From an uncultured bacterium (lineage in GTDB: Bacteria > Margulisbacteria > WOR-1 > CAVSGV01): a stretch of DNA of 64,000 nucleotides. Made by a program: the position numbers and the translations under genes. The stretch is from assembly GCA_963768305.1 (NCBI GenBank), contig CAVYHE010000010.1, forward strand, positions 43,997 through 107,996, in the 5' to 3' direction. This document shows positions 55,697 to 64,000 of this stretch, one piece after another. Positions within the stretch are counted from its first letter, which is position 1; the number at the start of each line of letters is the position of its first letter. A model generated the notes under the pieces. That model was not told the DNA's origin. It searched no databases and saw only the letters and a list, made by a program, of their open reading frames with translations.

Positions 55697-56455
55697 ATGA
55701 TCAAGAATAAGATAATAAGAATGATCGATGCGAACATCAACAGGGCAACGGAGGGCCTGAGGGTAGCAGAGGATGTTACCAGGTTCGTGCTGGATGACGA
55801 TAGCTCGACTTCAAAGCTTAAAAATATCAGGCACGCTCTTGTTAAGCTGTTGAAAGGGGTAAGGGATGAGGGACAAGGGGCGAGGGACGTAAGAGGGGAT
55901 GTCGGCGCGACAAAGAGTACCAAGTCTGAAACAAGAAGGAAGGATATCCTCGATGTTTTCCTGGCTAATATCAAAAGGGCAGAGGAATCGATCCGGGTTT
56001 TTGAGGAAACCTCCAAGCTCTTTGATGCCAAACTCGGCCCCAAATTCAAGAAAATGAGGTTTGAGCTCTACGAAATCGAGCAGAAAGCCTCAACCGCATT
56101 AAAAAAAAAGATAAAACTCGATAGCCCCATCTATATCATTACGGACAATTCCTTTGGACATTCCCACCTCGAGATAATGAAGGAAGCCTCCAAAGCCGGG
56201 GCTAAAATATTTCAGTATAGGGATAAGCGATCAGGGGTAAGGGATAAGGTTAAGATCGCGCAAAAGATGTCTGATTATGCCAAAGCTCATGGATTGACCT
56301 TTATAGTGAACGATAGCCTCGATATAGCCAGGAAAGTGGATGCGGATGGGGTGCATTTAGGGATAGGGGATAAGCGTCAAGGGGTAAGGGAATGGCAGGA
56401 AAAAGGCAAGGTCCTAGGTATTTCAGCCTCAAATATGAAGGAAGCGCTTAGAGCA
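55697..56455 (+). CDS. thiE: Thiamine-phosphate synthase with N-terminal ThiD2-like domain, truncated at the junction
   Basis: RMIDANINRATEGLRVAED, R.EES.RV.EE, then YIIT, QYRDK, FIVND, ADGVHLG and LGISA. The C-terminal third is missing. Confidence 0.85.
55856..56394 (+). repeat. Three GGG-rich heptamer tracts inside thiE (55856-55890, 56220-56247, 56360-56394)
   Basis: For example GGGATAA-GCGATCA-GGGGTAA-GGGATAA. Confidence 0.6.
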
Positions 56456-56510
56456 GATGGTGGTGAAGATTTATCTGGAGCCGCTATTGGAACCACACTT
56501 TCATTCTGAC
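56454..56510 (+). pseudogene. Fragment of a group II intron reverse transcriptase
   Basis: Translates QMVVKIYLEPLLEPHFHSD, like the RT segment just before SYG(Y/F)RP. It is cut by the IS end. Confidence 0.6.
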
Positions 56511-58073
56511 TAGGGTTTTGCACTTATTTCCGACGGTTTGGCAGAAATTGGGCGGGCCTCGATGCCAGTGATTGGGTATGCTTTGGAAGTTTCTAAGGAT
56601 TCCGAAGTCCCCAATACGGCAAGGAGGCCCGCTGATGGATCAGCTTATCCCGTCGCTGGAGGTTTTGCTAGGCCCGTTGGCTGTCGCGTTCCGCGAGGAA
56701 GTGTTCAAGATGTTCTGTCTGACCATCGGAGCATGGATCGTGTGCCTCGGTCGGCGGACCATCAGCCGTGTTTGGGAGACAACGGGACAGTCGGAAACAC
56801 GCGACCATGCCTCTGCCTTCCGTCTGTTCAGCGCGGCGGTGTGGAACTGGGATGAAGTGTGCCGGATATTGATCCTCGACATCGTGGCCCATCTCGTACC
56901 GGGAATGCGGATCTGGGTGGTCGTGGATGATACGCTCTGCCATAAGCGAGGTGCCAAGGTCGCCTTCGGCGGTATCTTTCTCGACGCGGTGCTCAGCACC
57001 CGCAGGCACAAAGTCTTTCGCTTCGGCAACAACTGGGTGCTGTTGGGGATCGTCGTTCAGTTGCCGTTCCGCAAGGACCGTTACTTCTGTCTTTCGTCGT
57101 TGTGGCGGATTTACGAGAAACGGGGAAAGAAAAGTCGCAGTGCGCATCGCAGCAAGAGCCAGTTGGCGGCCGAACTCGTCACCCAGTTCGCCCGCTGGTT
57201 TCCAGGCCGGAAAATCCAGGTGGTTGGCGACTGTGCCTATGTCGGGCAGCATCTCTTGCGGAGCCGGGAAGCCAATGTCGAGGTCATCGGTCCGATCCGT
57301 TGGGACGCGGCCCTCAGCCTGCCGCTGGCCTCTGGGACGCGAAGGGCGGCGGAAGAAGGGAGACCGCCTTCCCACCCCCAAGGCGATGCTGGCGGATGAC
57401 CGGCGTTGGCCTGTCCAGGACCTTGTGATTGCTTTTCCCAAGGGGAAGCGGCGCTTGCAGGTGAAGGTGGTTAAGGATGTCTGCTGGTATCAGGCTGCCG
57501 GTTCCCAGCCGGTGCAGTTGATTCTGGTTCGCGACCCGAAAGGCGAGTGGCGGGACGAGGCTCTGCTTTCGACCGACCAGACGCTCACGCCAAAGAAGTC
57601 ATCACCGGTTACTGCCGCCGCTGGTCCGTGGAGGTGGCCTTTTGTGACAGCAAACAGATGCTGGGTTTCCACGATCCGCAAGTGTGGTGCGCGAAGTCGG
57701 TCGAGCGTGCTGCGCCGATGTCGTGGTTCATTGGTTCGTTGGTGGTCTTGTGGTATGTGATCGCAGGACATGAGGGTGAGCAGGCGCAGAGACATCGTCC
57801 TTGGTATCGCCATAAGCCTGAGCCCACCTTCGCCGACATGTTGGGTGCTTGCCGACTCCACCTGTGGCGGCATTGGCTGAGCGAAGGACGTGGTTCTCGC
57901 GCAGACCTTGAGGCGAAATGGGACTGGTTGCTGGAGTACTTGGCCACGGCGGCGTAGCTCACGGCCCGGCCACGGCATTTCACCGCAGATTTCCGCGAAA
58001 GACGGCCTTGCACAGCGAGGCACAGAAGCAAAACTCTATACTGCTGTACATGACACACAAGTGCAAAACACTA
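56511..58073 (+). mobile_element. IS701/IS4-like insertion sequence, 1563 bp
   Basis: Terminal IRs TAGGGTTTTGCACTT / AAGTGCAAAACACTA (14/15) with a DDE transposase inside. Confidence 0.85.
56635..57957 (+). CDS. DDE transposase (IS701-like), apparent frameshifts
   Basis: VVVDDTL, VVGDCAY and Y..RWSVEVAF.DSKQ.LG. Confidence 0.85.
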
Positions 58074-59122
58074 GTCTGAGGCCATAACCTGAAATACCCG
58101 GCCCACCGCGAGCAGCAACTTCGTCAGTTGGGCACCGTTGACCGATAATCCCTCCAACTCGGCAAGGCTCATACTTCCCACCCGCTGGGCAGCTTCCGTT
58201 TGGATCTTGGCGCTGATCGGTTGGGAGAGTGCCCTCGTTTCCTGAAACTGCGCAAGGAAACTCTGATCCACAGAGCTCCAAGACGTATCTGATGTTTCCT
58301 GCCCCCCAATTGAGTAAACACATCCCATCCCGCATAGTATTTCCGAATGCCTCTCTTCTTCCGACGAAGCGTGTAGAGAAGGGCATGCTTGTAGTTTTCG
58401 TACCGCGTTCCCTCCAGCCAGCCGGATCAGAGATCGACTCCCGGAATACTGCATCAACCGCATCCTTCTGTGCCGTCAACCAAAACTGAAGGAAATAAGG
58501 ACCTCGAGCGGGTGCAACGCGTCGGCCAGCGTAAGTTCCTTCGGCGTCAATTGCTTGAGCAGGTTCTCTCGTATCGCTGCAGCAGGCTCCTCCACGCCCA
58601 ACAGGGTCGCCTCAGCCTCTTCAGATAGCGACGGCAACGCAACGCCGACGTCTCGAATGATTTCCTCGCTGCCCAATTGAAGCCGGCTCAGTCGCTAGTC
58701 ACACCTCTGAAGGCGAATTGCTTGAAAACCTCCCCTTGAAGCTTGTCGGCAATGCTGATGCGAGCGTAATCCGCCGGATGGACAAGCTGTTCATTCGGAT
58801 TTAGAGTGGAATGGCATCTCCATCCTAGTTCGCGGACACCAACCTTGAAGGAGTAGAGGTCGCTCGCGTGTTTTATTAGGGTGTTGACCACCTGCTGCTG
58901 ATAATCCAGCAAGTTCTCGTACTCATCAATCAGGAAGAAGAACTGCCTGTTCTGAAAGGTGGTTAGGCTAACGATGGCACGACACAAAAGGTCGATTGGC
59001 GCCGCCTGAAGCGAAAGCGATGGCCGTCTTGCGTTGAACGACGTTGTTGATATACGCCTCGAAGGCGATCTTCGGAATCGACCAGGTACTCCCGCAATTG
59101 ATGGTGGTTCTGTGCGGGCTGG
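58074..59122 (-). pseudogene. Central/C-terminal part of an ORC-CDC6-like AAA+ ATPase, truncated by the IS701-like element
   Basis: Walker B FFFLIDEYENL..QQQVVNTLIK..FKVG, GNIRYVLELC and GRVFQVMASD. Confidence 0.7.
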
Positions 59123-59200
59123 TATAATGGTCGGGGATTTTCGGGCGCGTGAATAAGGTGGATTCGCCGATGAGGAGTCTGGACTCCAGGAGGCGAATGA

Positions 59201-59491
59201 ATGCCGAGAGAACGCAGGACGTTTACGGAGGCTTTCAAGGCGAAGGTGGCCCTGTCGGCTATTCGCGGTGAAGGCACGGTCGCGGAATTGGCAAGCCGAT
59301 TCAGCGTGCATCCCAATCAAGTCACGAGTTGGAAGCAGCAGGCCATCGAGGGGCTGAAGGAGGTGTTTGCCGATGGCCGCTCTCGACGGGCGAAGGACGA
59401 CGAGGAACATCAGGCGCGATTGTATCAACAGATCGGCCAGCTCCAGTTCGAGCTGGACTGGTTGAAAAAAAAATCTGGAGGAACCCCTTGA
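59201..59491 (+). CDS. IS3 OrfA (HTH)
   Basis: RRTFTEAFKAKVAL..ELASRFSVHPNQV..WK, with an A9 slippery run at 59465-59473. Confidence 0.9.
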   Translation: MPRERRTFTEAFKAKVALSAIRGEGTVAELASRFSVHPNQVTSWKQQAIEGLKEVFADGRSRRAKDDEEHQARLYQQIGQLQFELDWLKKKSGGTP

Positions 59492-59603
59492 AACGAAGCG
59501 GGAGATGATTGAGCCGGGCAACGCCAGGCTGACGGTGTCGAGGCAATGCGAGTTGCTGGGCATGTGTGAGCGAGCAGCAGAACCAGGGGGCGACGGGGCG
59601 CGG

Positions 59604-61365
59604 TTAGCCGGGAGTCCGCTGGGCGGCGCGGCGGCGGGCGCGGCGGTCATGCTGGGCGGCGGCACGGTCGCGGCGCTCGTCGGCCCGGTAGGTGCGGATG
59701 TGCTCCGGGTGCGAGGCGGCCCAGCGGTCGGGACGCAGCGAGGCGTAGTCGGTGCTGCCGGCAAGCAGCCGGTCCAGCACGTCCTTCACGTAGGCCCACA
59801 CGTCCAGGTCGTTGCGCAGCGCGCTGGAGACCAGCGTCAGCAGGTCGGCCATCCGCTCGCCCGCCGCCACGCTCCCGAGGAACAGCCAGTTCTTCCGACC
59901 AATCGCGACCTGCTTCATCAACTGCTCGGTTTCATTGTTGTCGATCGGCAGCCGGCCGTCGCCCAAGTAGACCTGCAGCGCGTCCCACTGGTTCCGCAGA
60001 TACCCTAACGCCTCGGCGAACTTCTCCTTGGGCAGCACGCCGCGAAGCCGCCTGGCCATCGAGCAACTCCCGCATCCGCTGCCACACCGGACGGGCCTCC
60101 GACGCAGCGCAGTTCCTCACGCTCGCCGACCGAAAGGAACTTCCCGCGCTCCTCGATGTCGTACAACTCCTGGTACATCGCCAGGAACCGGCTCGACAGC
60201 AGCGGGTAGCTCTCGCGAGCATCGAAGATCTTCCGACGCGCGTGGGCATTGCACGCCGCACGCACGATCCGCGCGTCGCTGCGCAGCGTGATCCCCTGAT
60301 AGCCCGAATAACAGTCGCCCAGGAGCTTGCCGACGAAGCCGCCCGCCACGAGGAACTCGTCCGGCCCGTCGCGGTGCCGGCTCACCGTGAAGTCGAAGAC
60401 GTTGATCGGCACGGTCAGGCTGCGGTAGGCCCACATCCGCCCCGAGACGCTCTTGCGCCCTTCGGCCCGCGCTTCGCTGAACACCTCGTGGATCCGCCGC
60501 GACTTCGCGATCGTCCTCCTTGGCCTCCGGGATCTCCGGCGGCAACAACAGCGTCACCCGCGTCTCGTCCGTGCCGATCGCTCCGCTGGCGAGCACCTCG
60601 CCACGCAGGTACAACGCCAGCGGATGGACCAACTCGGCCGACGCCCGGAAGATGTTCAACAGCGTGCTCCGGTCCACCGTCCAGCCGCAGCCGGCGAAGT
60701 AGTCCTGCTCGCGATAGATCGGCAGGTGATAGCCGCACTTGCCGGTGACGATCTCCGCCGCCACGCTCGTGCCGTAGCGGTTCCCTTCGACCAGCCCCGG
60801 CTCGCGCGGCGGCTGGCGCCACGCCGCAGGCCGGCTCGTTCTCGCAGATGTATTTCGGATAGAGCGTGACGCGCACCTTGAGCTTCGGCCGCTCGAACTC
60901 CAGCGTCTCGGTGCGGTCGTAGCCGATCAGCTTCCGTCGGCCGTGCTCCGCACAGTGCTTCACGTCGTCGGGCACCGGGGCCTCGACTTCGTAGCGCGGC
61001 AGGTGCGCGGGCAACTGTTCGTTCCGCGGCTTCCGGGGCACCCGCTTGCGGCGCTTGTGCGCGGCGACGAGGATCTCCGCCTCTTCCACCGCCTCGGCCA
61101 GGCCCGCCGCCGCGTCGGCCGCCTCCGGCGTGTTGCCGAAGTCGAGCTTCAGTTGATTCGGGTCTTCCAGATACCGTTCGCTGCGATGGCGGAAGGCCCG
61201 CTGCAAGAGTTCGTTGATCGTGAGCTGCTGCTCTTGGATCGTGCTCTGCCGTGATCTGCTCACTTGCTCGGTGATCGTCCGGGCCTGCTCGACGATCAGC
61301 GCGTGGCAAGCGGCCAGGTCGTCGGGAAGCGGCGTGGCGTGCATGGCAGCTGAGCGTCTCGGCAT
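59604..61365 (-). CDS. tnpC: IS66 transposase TnpC (apparent frameshifts)
   Basis: HLPIYR, IGTDET, LLGDCYSGY, CNAHARRK and IDNN.TEQ....AIGRKNWLF. Confidence 0.9.
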
Positions 61366-61532
61366 GATGAGGGTCTTCGCTCTGCATGATACCTATGAAA
61401 CACGACAGCCGCCCCAAGGTTCCGCCGACGCGCGGAGATTTCTTGTCCAGGTCGCGAGGGTGGAGACGCGCGTCTTGCGAGAAGCAAACGCGGCGCGCCA
61501 CGCGAAGCGGCACGCCGCGTGTCAAGCGGCCG

Positions 61533-61884
61533 TCACGACGCGCGCGAGTAGCGCAGACGACGCGGCGTGCGCAGCGGAACGCCGCTTAAGAGCATGGCGA
61601 GTTGCGCCGCGTCGATCTCGACCGTGGCCGCTTCGCCCTCGGGCGCGGAGCATCTCGAAGGTCCCCGATTCCAATCGCTTGTAGAATAGGGCCAGGCCGT
61701 CGCGGTCCCACCACATCGCCTTGATGCGGTCGCCCCGACGGTTGACGAACAGAAACAGACTGCCGTCCAGCGGATCGGCCTGGAACACGCCACGCACCAA
61801 GGCGCACAGCCCGTCGAAGCTCTTCCGCATGTCCGTCGGCCGGGCGTGCAGGTAGATGCGCACGTTGGGAGCGAATGTCAGCAT
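61533..61884 (-). CDS. tnpB: IS66 accessory protein TnpB
   Basis: PTDMRKSFDGL, FLFVNRR and WDRDG..YKRLE.G.F. Confidence 0.9.
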
Positions 61885-62217
61885 GGGCCGCCTCCCGTGC
61901 GCTGGGCGTCCGCGCGAGCCAACGTGTCGATCACCAGCCGCAGGGCCCGCCGGTCCGAGGTCGGGACGTGCAGTTGCGTCCCGCCGGGCAGTTGCACGGC
62001 GACGCCGGCCGAACTCGACCAGCCGCACGGGCCGGAAGCCGGCCGCCTCTTCCGCCGGCCGAGGCCGCTGGGCCAGCCGCTTCCGCCATTGATAGAACGA
62101 AGGGGCCGAGACCCCTTCCTTGCGGCAAAACTCCGCGACCGACTGCTGCGCCTCCTGGAACCGCGCCATCCGCCGCTGCCACTCACGCACTTTCCGGGAA
62201 TCCAAAGAACCAGCCAT
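61878..62217 (-). CDS. tnpA: IS66 accessory protein TnpA
   Basis: W......SVAEFCRKEGVS..SFYQWRKRL. Confidence 0.85.
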
Positions 62218-62312
62218 CGGGACCTCCAGTGGAAAGGGATTGGAAATCGAACCAACCCCCTCAACTTAACCGGTCCGTCAAGAATGGTTCTGGGAGGCGC
62301 TCACGGGCATGT

Positions 62313-63061
62313 CGCGTTCCGGGTACTACTACCGGCCCCAGCCGGTGAGCGAGGAAGACTTGTTGCTGATGCGGTTGATCGACGAGGAGTACACCCGGCA
62401 TCCGTTCTTCGGAACACGGCGGCTGGCCGATTGGCTGGGCACCCAAGGGCATGCGGTCGGACGTGATCGTGTACGGAGCCTGGTGCAGCAACTGGGCGTA
62501 GCGGCGATCTATCCGAAGAAGCGTTTGAGCCTGGGAAACGCGAGTCACGAGAAGTATCCCTACCTGTTGTCGGGACTGTCGATCGAGACGCCGGACCACG
62601 TCTGGTGCAGCGACATCACGTACATCCGCCTGCGTGGCGGCTTCGTGTACCTGGTGGCGGTGATGGACTGGCACAGCAGGTATGTGCTGAGCTGGGATCT
62701 GTCGATCACTTTGGACGCGGACTTCTGCGTGGCGACGTTGGATCGTGCCTTGGAGGACGGGCAGCCGCTGATCTTCAACACCGACCAGGGAAGCCAGTAC
62801 ACCGGCGCGTCGTTTACCGGTCGTCTGAAAGAGGCGTGCGTCCAGATCAGCATGGACGGCAAGGGACGAGCGTTCGACAACATCATGATCGAGCGTCTGT
62901 GGCGAAGCGTGAAGTACGAGGAAGTGTACCTGAAGGACTACGGGAGCGTGCAGGAGTGCCGCCGATCGCTGGCGGTGTATTTCGAGTTCTACAACCGGGA
63001 GCGTCGGCATCAGGGCCTGGGATGCCGAACGCCGTGGGACGTGTACCAGGCAGCGGCGTGA
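62313..63061 (+). CDS. IS3 OrfB integrase core (N-terminal codons lie at 59505-59565)
   Basis: VWCSDITY, VMDWHSR, FNTDQGSQY, DNIMIERLWRSVKYE and YN..R.HQGL. Confidence 0.9.
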
Positions 63062-63203
63062 GGAGCTATGGGATCGCAGCTTTTGGGGGGCGTTGCTCCG
63101 CTCCGTTCGCTGCGCTCACTACGCTCCGCAACGCCCCCCAAAAGCAACCCAGAGTCCACCTTAAACAACCTCTTTTTCTGTCTTGACAACCCCGACCGCC
63201 TCA

Positions 63204-63681
63204 TGGAGATGGAGGCTCGTGGCGATTCTCCGGCAAGCTTGCTCACCCAGTTCGATTGTTGAACCCGTATGAAGCTCGTACCACTCCAGGAACCCAAGAA
63301 TCAACTCGCATATGAGCGTATTGAAGTAGTGGGCAAAGAGCGCCGTCCATTCGTCGTCACTGAGTTCAGGCCCGCGAAACGCTGTGACGTGATTTGTGTT
63401 GACCCGATAGTACAGACCGAACCATCGCCACGCCGCAATGCTGCTCGCGCACTTGCCAGACAGAGCGAACTGCCCGGGATACGACAACCCACGAAGAACA
63501 GTCGTCTTTCCAGTCCCCCGCCCACCTATTAGGATGCAAGACCGGGAGGTGCTCAACTCAGGGAAGTACGTCGGCTCCCTGTATAGTTCAAAATTTGTTC
63601 TCTCAGCCATTCGGCCTTGTAGCTGCCGAACAACTGACTGAGTTGTTGAGGCAGAGTCGGCAGGGTCGAGGTCTCTGTCAT
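63204..63681 (-). pseudogene. N-terminal part of the ORC-CDC6-like ATPase
   Basis: ATG overlaps the upstream stop (ATGA). LFGSYKAEWL, then (shifted) EPTYF..ILIGGRGTGKTT (Walker A). Confidence 0.75.
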
Positions 63682-64000
63682 GTTCGCCTCACGAGGGGAT
63701 GCCAACCGTTGCCTTCATGGTAGAAGAGCGGCAGAGTCGCGTCAGGGACCCCGTGCTGAAATGCGATAGTCAAGCCCAAGCCTTTGTAACCCGCCCATTG
63801 ATGCTCCGGGATGCCGGCTCTTCTGCTCACGGATCTTAGGAACTCCACCGCGGTTGGCCGTAGTCGTTCGGGCCATATCAGGGAATCGTCGGCGATGGCA
63901 CTGTACCGCTGGGAAAGGAAATGCGCTGGCCACACATTCACACCGGGACATTGATCCCTTATCACTTGGCGTCCAAGGTCAGCACACATGACCGGGCAAT
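63678..64000 (-). CDS. C-terminus of a phosphoribosyltransferase-like (PRTase-CE type) protein, 5'-partial
   Basis: GYKGLGLTIAFQHGVPDATLPLF..W.PL.RR, translationally coupled to the ATPase. Confidence 0.6.
   Translation of the reverse strand, partial: CPVMCADLGRQVIRDQCPGVNVWPAHFLSQRYSAIADDSLIWPERLRPTAVEFLRSVSRRAGIPEHQWAGYKGLGLTIAFQHGVPDATLPLFYHEGNGWHPLVRRT

Larger units (their letters stand above)
59566..62304 (-). mobile_element. IS66-family element, 2739 bp
   Basis: IRs GTGAGCGagcagCAGAACC / GGTTCTGggaggCGCTCAC, with an 8-bp duplication GGGCATGT at 59558-59565 and 62305-62312. Confidence 0.93.
59123..63203 (+). mobile_element. IS3-family element interrupted by IS66
   Basis: Ends TATAATGGTCGGGG / CCCCGACCGCCTCA, with a 3-bp TGG duplication at 59120-59122 and 63204-63206. 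Confidence 0.88.

Noticed and set aside
56454..56510. Active retroelement (group II intron, retron or DGR)
   Set aside because: Only about 19 codons are present, with no YADD domain, intron RNA ends or template repeat.
61533..61884. IS66 TnpB as an RNA-guided TnpB nuclease
   Set aside because: It is the ~115 aa IS66 accessory protein, unrelated to IS200/IS605 TnpB, with no RuvC motifs.
59505..63186. Many long overlapping ORFs in the IS region, including 58688-59764 as a single protein
   Set aside because: High-GC shadow frames and read-through across IS boundaries. They are explained by IS3, IS66 and the ATPase fragments.

Overview
The window has two very different parts. Bases 1 to ~56455 are moderate-GC chromosome of a diderm Terrabacteria-type organism. 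Gene content (SLH-porins, ThiD2-ThiE fusion, AroH/AroF) suggests a non-photosynthetic cyanobacterial sister lineage such as Margulisbacteria/Saganbacteria; this is inference, and the 16S gene would decide it. Many genes carry single-base frameshifts typical of uncorrected long-read assembly. In order, this part holds: recO; a probable glycolipid operon (MFS, Cys-degenerate radical SAM, GT4, galE, GT28 MGDG-synthase-like); two tandem SLH/beta-barrel proteins; birA-aroH-aroF-thyX; hflX-gpsA-plsY; nadE; an ~18 kb nitrogen-assimilation island; mfd/pth; a WxL/chaperone/beta-barrel surface cluster; a GH26-CBM9 gene; a propeller-containing ABC permease; tlyA; galT; a stand-alone 16S rRNA gene; an M23 peptidase; and a truncated thiE. 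The nitrogen island contains a NifA-like sigma54 activator, a porin, an APC permease fused to a PII domain, three free PII genes, two amtB, two glnA and gltBD. Four sigma54 promoters in it are each preceded by a pair of ACA-N4-TGT palindromes, and a fifth pair covers the activator's own promoter. Bases ~56455-64000 are high-GC DNA: a group II intron RT scrap, an IS701-like element, and a PRTase/ORC-CDC6-like ATPase pair, with the ATPase broken by an IS3 that itself contains an IS66 (both target duplications visible). The best candidates for new biology are the APC-PII fusion, the sigma54 regulon with its operator motif, and the diderm WxL-like surface system.
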